Of a stretch of DNA of 24,074 bases, positions 16,452 to 24,074 are shown piece by piece. This DNA is from a virus (taxonomy: Duplodnaviria; Caudoviricetes), in IMG/VR virus record IMGVR_UViG_3300012664_000177, positions 1 to 24,074 of that record; one strand, 5' to 3'. A program made the position numbers and the translations under genes. Under the pieces are notes generated by a model. That model ran no database searches. It was not told where the DNA came from and worked only from the letters and a program-made list of their open reading frames with translations. Position 1 is the stretch's first letter, and each line of letters begins with the position of its first letter.

Positions 16452-19111
16452 GAAAAGTCAAATAAGTTTTGGAATGTATTTTCTGTATTAGTAGCAGACA
16501 CAAGATCCCACTCTAGTACACCTAGCAAGTTATCAATCTTTTGATCAACTACTGTAGCTTCCATTTCTGCGTCGTTAAACGGCAGTTCTTTAAACCATTG
16601 TGGCAAGTGCAATTCATCTGTAGGATAGCCAATGCTGGTCCACCCCAATGGATTTGATTTTAACTTACGCACAATAGTTTTCATGCCGTCTACAATCTGC
16701 ATTGAATAGTTGTCGCTATTCATTCTACGCAAAGTATTCCAGTTTAGTGCCGCTCTCACATGTCCTGGCATGTTTGCTTTACCTAGACGTTTTTCTTCTG
16801 CACCGTACTTGGTTAGGTTGTTTACACGCTTAGGTGAACCTTTTTCCCAACCTGGGCGCTCAGCAAACAGATACTTGAATGTACGAATTTTTTCAATGAT
16901 ACTATCTCTAGTTACACCAGTTAGTACATCTAGCAACACTTCGCTCAAGAATTCTTGAATGACCTTAGGAGTATCACTTCGCTTCAAGTCCAAGCCCATG
17001 GCTTTTACTTTGCCCGGACTTCCGTCGTTGTCTGTGCGTTTGCCTTCTTTGTCAATGATCATCACAGCATAGCGCTTCTTGGTAATGAACAAGCCCTTGC
17101 TTGCTACTACTTCGCGACCACCTTTGATTACTGATCCCATTTCTCGTGGAACGTGAAAGGCTTGCTCCATAAAGCCCGGAAAACTAATGTTAACCTGGTC
17201 TGCAATTGAGTCATATAATTGGATAGCAATATCTTTGCTCCACTCCATGCGCCCTTCCTCAACTTCTTGTTTGAGTACTGGCCAGGCCGTGAAATAGCAC
17301 GAATCGGTATCACCGTAGATGATCGTTTCGCCAACATGATCATATTTGCCGGTAATGCATTCGTTGACATACGCATCCATGTGCTTCGCGATACTGCGCC
17401 CAGTAAGAGTGGTTGATTGACCAATACGCTTGTCAAAGAATCTACAGCCCGGGTTAAGGATGGCGCCATAAAGTGAGTTAAGGTTAATTTTTTTAACCAG
17501 TTGTCGTTTGTCCCAGTACTCTTCATCTTCCTTGGTCTCACACTTTTTAAGTTTGGCCTGCATCTCTTTACGTTCAGCATACCAACGCTTTAGCAATCCA
17601 GGAATAACAGCTTCTTTCTCGTATGTGAAGATAGTACCGTTTGCACTCAAGGTCCAGGGTTGGTTACTATCAAAAATCATATGCCAAATTTCTGCGGCGC
17701 TGTGTACCGACGATTCTCCACCGTGCCAATCAATAGTAAGTTCTGTACCACGTTGCATTTCCATTACTGCGGTGTATTCTAGAGATGCAAACAATCCTTC
17801 CCAAGCAGCAGCAAAGCTCATCTTTTGCTTTTCCATACGCTCCTTGATGAGGTGGTCGGTCATTATCGGTCGGAGTTGCCCAACAATTGTTTCGGGTCCC
17901 ATGTTAAGAGCACGGATCGTTGACGGGTAGAGCGAGTTGATGTCAATGGAACCGACATATTCGTGGATTCCTTTTTTGGGATAAGCAACATAGGCACCTG
18001 CGGCTTGCGTGTCTTCATCTGTGAGTCTTTCTTTACGGTTAGGAACTACCATGCCACGTTCGTGGGCTTCTACAATGATTGCTTGCTCAGTCACTGCTAC
18101 CGCACCCATAGTGGTTTGGAGCAACACTGTGTTTTCGTGTGCCAGTGTATTTGCCAAGTCCAAGAACTTGAGCTTGTCATCTAGCTTGGCTAGAATCATA
18201 GTATCTTGACGGTTATACTCGATAAACGTCTTGAAGTTTTGATTGTAAAGTTGATCCAGTGTACCTTCGAACACTGTTTTGGTCTCACCTAGTTCGTAAT
18301 CAGCAATAGCATCCAGACTGTAGCTATGACGTTCTTCATAGGTATATTTGCGATACAGTTGCATATAGTCCATATGCACACGACCGATCAGATCGTAAGT
18401 TTCGTTCTCTGCGCCAAAGCGTTCAAACATACGCTTCTTGGGCAACTGTCCCCACAAACAAAAACGGCGTGTGTCGTCTTTGCTGAGCACTCGCACAATA
18501 CGATTGATGGTGTACGGAATATCGAAGCCTTCCGAGTTCCAACCAGAAAGTGCATCAGCATCTTCAATTAGATCTAGGAATGTTTTCAACAAGTCTTCTT
18601 CGTTGTCAAACACCATGCAGTTTTCAAACTCTGACGCAATTTCTTGTGCAGTTTCCATGCTCATGTGCTTAGGCGGCATGACCAAGGTAACCATTTGCTT
18701 GAGCCAGCCTAGGTAGACCGAAATAGCAGTGATAGCATTGAATGGGTCTGCTGGTGGACTGAACCCTCGTTCCGGGTCAAAGTCCACCTCAATGTCGAAA
18801 AATGCTGTGTGTAGTTTAGGACCGTCTTGTCCTTTGTAGTTGTCTTCTAAACAACGAAAGATTGGATTGATGTCTGATTCGTAAATCTGTTTACCAGATT
18901 GCCCGCGCACTTCTCTGCGGAATTCTTTGTTGTTGCGTGTGCTGAATCTAGACACTGGCGTGCCGTAGATGCTTTGGAATTTACCCCGAGGGTCGTCATA
19001 GTAAAACACATAGTTAGCAGGGTACTCTTGATAAACCCGCTTGCTGTCTTTGCGTTCTACTACATGAATGCGATCGTGTTCACGATCAAATAAGGCGTCT
19101 ACGTAACTCAT
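16448..19111 (-). CDS. Family B DNA polymerase with 3'-5' exonuclease (phage gp43-like)
   Basis: Exo I FFDIEV, Exo II GWNSEGFDIPY, Exo III YNRQD; polymerase motifs DINSLYPS, KINLNSLYG, YGDTDS, KKRY; 887 aa, uninterrupted. Confidence 0.97.
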   Translation of the reverse strand: MSYVDALFDREHDRIHVVERKDSKRVYQEYPANYVFYYDDPRGKFQSIYGTPVSRFSTRNNKEFRREVRGQSGKQIYESDINPIFRCLEDNYKGQDGPKLHTAFFDIEVDFDPERGFSPPADPFNAITAISVYLGWLKQMVTLVMPPKHMSMETAQEIASEFENCMVFDNEEDLLKTFLDLIEDADALSGWNSEGFDIPYTINRIVRVLSKDDTRRFCLWGQLPKKRMFERFGAENETYDLIGRVHMDYMQLYRKYTYEERHSYSLDAIADYELGETKTVFEGTLDQLYNQNFKTFIEYNRQDTMILAKLDDKLKFLDLANTLAHENTVLLQTTMGAVAVTEQAIIVEAHERGMVVPNRKERLTDEDTQAAGAYVAYPKKGIHEYVGSIDINSLYPSTIRALNMGPETIVGQLRPIMTDHLIKERMEKQKMSFAAAWEGLFASLEYTAVMEMQRGTELTIDWHGGESSVHSAAEIWHMIFDSNQPWTLSANGTIFTYEKEAVIPGLLKRWYAERKEMQAKLKKCETKEDEEYWDKRQLVKKINLNSLYGAILNPGCRFFDKRIGQSTTLTGRSIAKHMDAYVNECITGKYDHVGETIIYGDTDSCYFTAWPVLKQEVEEGRMEWSKDIAIQLYDSIADQVNISFPGFMEQAFHVPREMGSVIKGGREVVASKGLFITKKRYAVMIIDKEGKRTDNDGSPGKVKAMGLDLKRSDTPKVIQEFLSEVLLDVLTGVTRDSIIEKIRTFKYLFAERPGWEKGSPKRVNNLTKYGAEEKRLGKANMPGHVRAALNWNTLRRMNSDNYSMQIVDGMKTIVRKLKSNPLGWTSIGYPTDELHLPQWFKELPFNDAEMEATVVDQKIDNLLGVLEWDLVSATNTENTFQNLFDFS

Positions 19112-19173
19112 TGTTCTCCGTTTATGGCCGGTAAGCCGTGATACATACCCGTAACGTGGGCGAGTCGGTGAAA
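19112..19173 (-). promoter_or_regulatory. Structured leader of the DNA polymerase gene (candidate translational operator)
   Basis: Minus strand TTTCACCGACTCGCCCACGTTACGGGTATGTATCACGGCTTACCGGCCATAAACGGAGAACA-ATG contains hairpins GCCC/GGGT and GGC/GCC, and TTCACCG can pair with CGGAGAA (SD). Confidence 0.4.
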
Positions 19174-19767
19174 TTACATTTCACGTTTAGTTATCACCTT
19201 GTCGATCAAGCCATAATTTAATGCTTGCTCTGCTGACATGAATGTATCTCGATCCATGTCTTTCTCAAACTCTTCATATGTTTTGCCAGCAGTGTTATGG
19301 CTTACATAGATTTCGGTTAAACGCTTTTTCAAGTAAGTGATTTCTTTGTAGCTGATTTCAATGTCACTCTGCATACCACGTGCGCCACCTGAAGGTTGGT
19401 GAATCATGTGTCGAGCATTGGGCAACATCATACGCTTGCCTGCGGCACCTGCTTGTGCCAACAATGAACCCATTGAACATGCTTGGCCCATAACAATAGT
19501 GCAAACATCTGGACGAATAAATTGCATGGTATCGTAAATTGCCATACCAGCAGTGACTGATCCACCTGGCGAGTTTACATACAAATAGATGTCCTTTTCA
19601 GGATTATCACTTTCGAGGTATAGCATCTGAGCAACAATCAAGTTTGCCATTTGATCGTGGACTTCGCCTTCCAGCAAAATAACACGCTCACGTAACAAGC
19701 GACTGTAGATATCATAACTGCGTTCGCCTTTTGCGGTCTGCTCAAGGACCATAGGTACTAATGCCAT
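19174..19767 (-). CDS. clpP: ATP-dependent Clp protease proteolytic subunit
   Basis: [26 protein letters not shown] (Ser), MIHQP (His), DRDTFMSA (Asp), YGLID. Confidence 0.97.
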   Translation of the reverse strand: MALVPMVLEQTAKGERSYDIYSRLLRERVILLEGEVHDQMANLIVAQMLYLESDNPEKDIYLYVNSPGGSVTAGMAIYDTMQFIRPDVCTIVMGQACSMGSLLAQAGAAGKRMMLPNARHMIHQPSGGARGMQSDIEISYKEITYLKKRLTEIYVSHNTAGKTYEEFEKDMDRDTFMSAEQALNYGLIDKVITKREM

Positions 19768-19779
19768 ACTGATTCCTTA

Positions 19780-20040
19780 TTAGAGAGTTTTGCCAACTGT
19801 TTCGAGAATAGTTTCCAACAATTCGTGGTCTTGTTTTTCTTGACCAAACTGTGCTTTGTGTGCAAGTCGGATTGCTTTTTTTAGTACGCCTGGCTTGATC
19901 TCAAGCTCGTCAGCAATAGCTTTGATAGTGTCAGTTAGGCCGCCTTGCAAGGTGTCAATTTCGTGCATGACTTGCATACCTTCATTGATAATTTGAGTGA
20001 GTTTGATCTTTTGATCGCCGTTGAAAGTTTTTGTATCCAT
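19780..20040 (-). CDS. Small dsDNA-binding protein, T4 DsbA/GapR-like
   Basis: 86 aa, all-helical; IKAIADELEIKPGVLKKAIRLAHK resembles the DsbA/GapR pattern; own promoter and SD GGAG. Confidence 0.6.
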   Translation of the reverse strand: MDTKTFNGDQKIKLTQIINEGMQVMHEIDTLQGGLTDTIKAIADELEIKPGVLKKAIRLAHKAQFGQEKQDHELLETILETVGKTL

Positions 20041-20061
20041 AGAGTTCTCCGTAAAATTACT

Positions 20062-20089
20062 ATTATACAGAGATAGTTTACAAACGCAA
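20062..20089 (-). promoter_or_regulatory. Sigma70-like promoter for the dsbA-like/clpP/polymerase genes
   Basis: TTGCGT (20089-20084)-16 nt-TATAAT (20067-20062), about 20 nt upstream of ATG 20040. Confidence 0.65.
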
Positions 20090-20096
20090 TATGTTT

Positions 20097-20196
20097 GGAG
20101 AAAGTGCTACACTTTTGGATTCCCAGTAGCGAATTGGGCCGTCCAGGGCAGTAGCCTCCCCACACTACGGTAACGAGTACCGGTCCTAAGGTGTGT
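20097..20196 (-). ncRNA. Candidate structured RNA, two stem-loop domains, family not recognised
   Basis: GC-rich intergenic island with six nested helices: CACAC/GTGTG, CGGTA/TACCG; GGAG/CTCC, GCTAC/GTAGC, TGGA/TCCA, CCCA/TGGG. Strand inferred from the flanking genes. Confidence 0.65.
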
Positions 20197-20775
20197 TCAT
20201 TTTCGACCTATAACCATATACCTTGTGTACGTGGTTTCCGGGTCTTGTAACTCTAGTTGTCCTTGATACAATACTTCAGTCAAGGGAAACTTTTTTAATA
20301 TATCTTGTGTGCTGTAAAAAGGTTTACTCTCTACGTTGTCACGTGCCTGCATTACTATCATAGTGTTGTTAGGAATGTTGCTGAACCATTCGGTACCATC
20401 CATGTCAGTCAGGCTACAGTTGATCACAACACCATCTGTTCCTAGTTGGCGATAGTCGAGAGTGTTAGCATCCTTGTGCATGTATTCTATATTTTGGGCA
20501 CCCACACGATCCAGCATGCGTTCACTTTGATTCAACATAGCCCGATTGGTTTCTACATTGATAATTTTCTTAACACGAATCATAGGATCTAGTGTTATAT
20601 ACAATGCTAGATTACCATACCAAGATCCTAGTATATACATTGTAGAAATTTCAGGTTGAACTCGTGCTAGTTCTTGCATCAACCAAACTTTACTTTTAGT
20701 TAAGTCGTGTGTGAAACTGCCTTGTAGGCTGTATCCACTAGACTCTGCTATCGCATAAAGTTCGTTGAGTATCAT
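20197..20775 (-). CDS. Putative class I SAM-dependent methyltransferase
   Basis: YILGSWYG motif I, INVET motif II, KDAN, VINCS, terminal RYMVIG strand. Confidence 0.65.
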   Translation of the reverse strand: MILNELYAIAESSGYSLQGSFTHDLTKSKVWLMQELARVQPEISTMYILGSWYGNLALYITLDPMIRVKKIINVETNRAMLNQSERMLDRVGAQNIEYMHKDANTLDYRQLGTDGVVINCSLTDMDGTEWFSNIPNNTMIVMQARDNVESKPFYSTQDILKKFPLTEVLYQGQLELQDPETTYTRYMVIGRK

Positions 20776-22640
20776 CTAGCTGACTTGTCTTTAGCGTCAA
20801 TTGCGGCCAACCGGCGTGCTAGATCTTTGATGTCAACAGGTTTGGACTTTTCTTGCTCTCGAGCTTTTTGTCCAACTCGAGCAACCATGTCCTGATACTT
20901 GTCGCTGTACTTGGCTTCTTGGCCATTGTTCTCTTGAACTCCAAAATCATCACGTGCTACTCTTTCTACTGATTTAGATCCTGGGTCCATAACATCTCTA
21001 AATGAAACATCTTGTGCTCCTGCATTTTTACCAGCTAATGCATTTTTCCTGATTTGTTGCATTGCTAAATTGACACTATCCTGACCGTAATCACTTGGGA
21101 ATAACGAAGCTTGTGGATTATCTGCAGTCGACAATGCAGGCGCCATTTTTGAGAATGCATGAGCACCTGGGTTCGGACTTGCTATTTGTCTAGTAACGGG
21201 CTTTGTGCTAGATTTTGCCGGTTGAGATTTGGCTTTTGTTTTGGATTTTGTTTTAGTCTTTGATGTAGCTGTTGCAGGAGCAGGAGCATCTGGAATGCTT
21301 GCTGTCGGAGAGAAAGTATTTACACTGGTATCTGCCGGTGTTGTTTTTTCTTTCTTGCGACCACTCATTGATGCAAGTGTTTTTTCAAGTTTTGCGTTAA
21401 CAGATTGAATCTGTTGCAGTCTGCGTTTTAGGGTAGTGTTGTCTTGTTCAAGATTATCAATCTCTTGTGTTTGATTCTGATCAACTTGTGCAATCTGTGC
21501 TAGCATACGCTCTTGATCTTTATCAACTGCACGAATCTTTTCGAAGTCTTGCTTGTCTTGCTCTTGACCACGCATAAGGTCTTTTGCTAGAGCTTCGATG
21601 CCCGAGCCAGCAGTTGGGAAATCAGACTTAGCTCGAGCTATTGCTCTCTGTAAGCTAACATCTCTTACTTCTGTGCCGAGCTCATCTTCTTTTTTTTTAT
21701 CTGCTTCCGTTACATCTTGCTGGCCATAGTCTTCAAACTCATCAATTGTATACTGGCGATGATCGTTGCTACCAATTTTATAAAGTACAATAGCAGTATA
21801 GTCGTCACCAAATTCTGGCTTCCATCCTAGCAGGCTCAGTTTGCGTTCTGCTTGGGCTGAGTCCCCAGCTTCAGACCAAATTTCCCATGCAAGATGGAAT
21901 AGCAAGTCTTCGTATTCATCACTACCGGGCCCGTCTTCTGGTTTTTCAGCAAACTCTAATACCGAGCCTTCTGCAGCGCTCTTTTGCAAGAATGATGGAA
22001 TCGGTCTATCATCTTTTCTCTGTACTTTTGTACTTGTGATAGTCGGGTCAACTCTTGTTGCTACTGTCATACCACTAGTACGACCTGCTTTAGACGGGGC
22101 ACCTTTTAAATTAGTAGCAACTGCACTACGCTTTGCTAAACTGTTAGAACTATCGGGCCATTGTTGACCTTCGTTTGTACCGGTAGCTAATCTATCGTGG
22201 TCTGCATCACGTTCTGCTTTCTTAGCAGCCTCACGCTTTTTGCGGAAGATTTCACGGAAGTAGTCTTCGTCATCGGGAATAACACCGGGACTGGATTGGC
22301 CACGGTATCTTGGCTTTGCTGGAGTGTCACCGGGGCGAGGGTAATCAATACCGGGCAAATCATATGGGCCACCTTCGTCTACTGCGGGTTTATTCATTTG
22401 CAAATCTAAATAAGCATTTACTAGGTCGCTGTCAAAATCCTCGTCGTAAGAAAACAAAGCATGGGCTCTCTTACGCCCCAAATCATTTACTGCTAGATCA
22501 AATGCATAGTCTAACACTTCGTCGGCTGCACCAGTAGTATCTAATTCTGGTGCTACTTTAAAAATTTGATATGCCAACTCTTCGGCATAGTTAGGGTTAG
22601 GGGTTGAGTTGTCGTCTTCAAATAAGTTATGTAAATTCAT
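20772..22640 (-). CDS. Large acidic/low-complexity hypothetical protein, possibly virion-internal
   Basis: 622 aa; modular blocks separated by (V/A/T/L)xE motifs, a coiled coil and a K/T/S/P-rich linker. Confidence 0.8.
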   Translation of the reverse strand: MNLHNLFEDDNSTPNPNYAEELAYQIFKVAPELDTTGAADEVLDYAFDLAVNDLGRKRAHALFSYDEDFDSDLVNAYLDLQMNKPAVDEGGPYDLPGIDYPRPGDTPAKPRYRGQSSPGVIPDDEDYFREIFRKKREAAKKAERDADHDRLATGTNEGQQWPDSSNSLAKRSAVATNLKGAPSKAGRTSGMTVATRVDPTITSTKVQRKDDRPIPSFLQKSAAEGSVLEFAEKPEDGPGSDEYEDLLFHLAWEIWSEAGDSAQAERKLSLLGWKPEFGDDYTAIVLYKIGSNDHRQYTIDEFEDYGQQDVTEADKKKEDELGTEVRDVSLQRAIARAKSDFPTAGSGIEALAKDLMRGQEQDKQDFEKIRAVDKDQERMLAQIAQVDQNQTQEIDNLEQDNTTLKRRLQQIQSVNAKLEKTLASMSGRKKEKTTPADTSVNTFSPTASIPDAPAPATATSKTKTKSKTKAKSQPAKSSTKPVTRQIASPNPGAHAFSKMAPALSTADNPQASLFPSDYGQDSVNLAMQQIRKNALAGKNAGAQDVSFRDVMDPGSKSVERVARDDFGVQENNGQEAKYSDKYQDMVARVGQKAREQEKSKPVDIKDLARRLAAIDAKDKSAR

Positions 22641-23347
22641 TATGCTTCCTCGATATAGTCTGCTGATGCATCGTTTTGTTTACGTCGTGACATAAACATT
22701 TCCATAGCTAGTGTAGCATGGTTTAAATTTTTAAAGCGACTAGGCAAACGTCTATTGCCATGTCGTATTTCGAATCCAGAGTTTTCGTCGCCGTGAATTT
22801 CACAAACTCGTCCGTCTTCTAGTGTGATAGTTTTTACAGGAGCAACTGTAGCAGCAGCATAAGTTGGTTCCTGTATAGCCGGTGTCGGCATGTCTGTAGC
22901 GGGTGCTTGATCAGTTGGGTCTTCGGCAATTTCTTTAGCTTTAGCAACTAAATCTCGATCTTTTTTAACTTTATCCTTGATATCACTGTCACCTTTGACT
23001 TTGTCTTTGATATCACTGTCGCCCTTAACTTGATCTTCGATGCTGCTGAGATAGTCAGCAAAGGATCGTTTAACTTTGTCCAGAAGTTTTTCTTCATTGG
23101 CTTGTGCTTCTTCCAATGCTTCTTCTTCTTTTTCTTCTGCCTCTGCACCAAAAAAGTAACCTTTAGTTACTGCTGGCTTGTCTGGATTGCCCCCAAGAAT
23201 TGGTCCACCTTTACCTGGTTTAAACAACGCTGGTAATTGATGCGCTGACTTTTGCTGTGAATTTTGGTCTCCAGCGGGTTCAGCAGGTGTGATACGTCCT
23301 TCAATTAATGCAAGTCGTTGAACGATGTCGTGTATGGGGTCTCTCAT
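22640..23347 (-). CDS. Hypothetical protein with internal 10-aa repeats
   Basis: 235 aa; TAATG coupling with the next gene; Glu-rich tract. Confidence 0.8.
   Translation of the reverse strand: MRDPIHDIVQRLALIEGRITPAEPAGDQNSQQKSAHQLPALFKPGKGGPILGGNPDKPAVTKGYFFGAEAEEKEEEALEEAQANEEKLLDKVKRSFADYLSSIEDQVKGDSDIKDKVKGDSDIKDKVKKDRDLVAKAKEIAEDPTDQAPATDMPTPAIQEPTYAAATVAPVKTITLEDGRVCEIHGDENSGFEIRHGNRRLPSRFKNLNHATLAMEMFMSRRKQNDASADYIEEA
22964..23033. repeat. In-frame 30-bp imperfect tandem repeat (~2.3 copies)
   Basis: TTGATATCACTGTC at 22977-22990 and 23007-23020; encodes VKGDSDIKDK x2 followed by VKKDRD. Confidence 0.8.
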
Positions 23348-23351
23348 GATA

Positions 23352-23792
23352 TTATGCTCTCTGATCTTTCAGGTAACTTCTCAACATCCAACCATGCTTT
23401 TGGTGGGCGTCGATACGGGAAGCCAAGAAGTCCATGATGCCTTGCTGATTTTCTTGTTCAGCTTCTGCAAAGCATTCATTTAGTAGTTCTATCATTTGCC
23501 CATTGTTGGCTAACAATTCTTCCAGCATGAGTCGAGCACGTGGAATCTTTGTTTGACCGGAGATACGTGACAGCTCTGCGAATCTCTCAAAGCTACCAGG
23601 AGTGTATTCATTTAGTGCTCGGATATATTCAGCGGTAAGATCAATTGCTTCATACACATCATCGTAGATCATGTTGAAGAACTTGTGCAACTGACCGAAG
23701 TCAGGTCCTTCTACGTTCCAGTGAAACTGTTGCGCTTTTACAGTAAAAGCGTATTCAGTTGCCAGGAGTGTTTTTAAAGCGTCCGCTAACAT
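23352..23792 (-). CDS. dps: Dps/ferritin-like DNA protection protein
   Basis: FHWNVEGPDFGQLHKFF, DLTAEYIRAL, KHGWML; 146 aa. Confidence 0.92.
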   Translation of the reverse strand: MLADALKTLLATEYAFTVKAQQFHWNVEGPDFGQLHKFFNMIYDDVYEAIDLTAEYIRALNEYTPGSFERFAELSRISGQTKIPRARLMLEELLANNGQMIELLNECFAEAEQENQQGIMDFLASRIDAHQKHGWMLRSYLKDQRA

Positions 23793-23973
23793 TTTTATTC
23801 CTCTTATATTCTTTAGGTGTGTTCGGGGTTGGATCCGAGCTCGTTACATATTTACCTGTTAACATTGATCCGCCATTTCTTGAGACCATGCCTAAACTTG
23901 TTTCAGTTGGTGCCATGCCACCGGCACAACTAGCTCCAACTGATGCATTTTCCATTATTTCATACGCTCTCAT
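23755..23973 (-). CDS. Small hypothetical protein, 72 aa
   Basis: MRAYEIMENASVGASCAGG; GGAG upstream; overlaps the dps start by 38 nt. Confidence 0.55.
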   Translation of the reverse strand: MRAYEIMENASVGASCAGGMAPTETSLGMVSRNGGSMLTGKYVTSSDPTPNTPKEYKRNKNVSGRFKNTPGN

Positions 23974-24074
23974 TTTCAGGCTCCCTAATTCTTAATACAT
24001 TGCCCTTGATTGTGCCTGGACCAAAGTCTACATGCATGTTTTCAACTCTGAGTTGTACCAAGCCTGGGGAAATA
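23960..24074 (-). CDS. C-terminal end of a hypothetical protein (starts outside the window)
   Basis: Open frame ...ISPGLVQLRVENMHVDFGPGTIKGNVLRIREPENESV* ending at TGA 23960, overlapping the next ATG. Confidence 0.5.
   Translation of the reverse strand, partial: ISPGLVQLRVENMHVDFGPGTIKGNVLRIREPENESV

Noticed and set aside
16448-19111. Intein, intron or split in the DNA polymerase; alternative genetic code
   Set aside because: All exonuclease and polymerase motifs lie in one 887-aa frame with no intein-sized insertion. Genes across the window are full-length under the standard code and end in TAA, TGA or TAG.
19935-20165. 76-aa minus-strand ORF across the structured intergenic region
   Set aside because: GTG start within a predicted helix; overlaps a clear promoter and the DsbA-like gene out of frame; no protein-like features.
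20176-20195. Twister ribozyme, suggested by plus-strand GGTCCTAAG
   Set aside because: The following GCCC segment and the pseudoknot partners and cleavage-site arrangement of twister could not be found.
22964-23033. Repeat as a CRISPR array or mobile-element end
   Set aside because: Only about two in-frame 30-bp copies without spacers, with variation at synonymous positions; it is a protein repeat. No CRISPR array or tRNA was recognised anywhere in the window.
226-23995. Numerous plus-strand and nested minus-strand ORFs of 60-150 aa in the ORF track
   Set aside because: They lie opposite or inside well-supported minus-strand genes, lack recognisable motifs, and read as shadow frames.

Overview
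A gene-dense segment coded entirely on the minus strand, with many ATGA/TAATG overlaps and the standard genetic code. It is most consistent with a large T4-like/jumbo dsDNA phage genome. In the direction of transcription (right to left) it carries: small acidic hypothetical proteins that may be virion-internal, Dps, a methyltransferase, a ~100-nt structured intergenic RNA, a DsbA/GapR-like DNA-binding protein, ClpP, a family B DNA polymerase and a probable sliding clamp. These are followed by a 7-deazaguanine modification cluster (TGT/DpdA-like transglycosylase, QueD-like LxxxHRHxF protein, GT-B glycosyltransferase, FolE, HIT, QueD). That cluster runs directly into a nucleotide-sugar cluster (GT2, methyltransferase, NDP-glucose 4,6-dehydratase, GT8-like, RfbH/E1 3-dehydrase, YerE/ALS-like ThDP enzyme). 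Highlights are (i) a candidate glycosylated-deazaguanine DNA hypermodification system, possibly clamp-coupled, (ii) a preQ1-I-like pseudoknot plus RBS-sequestering hairpin upstream of queD, and (iii) a structured RNA whose loops are antisense to adjacent segments of 23S rRNA helices 69-71. All calls come from motif recognition and manual folding; no searches were run.
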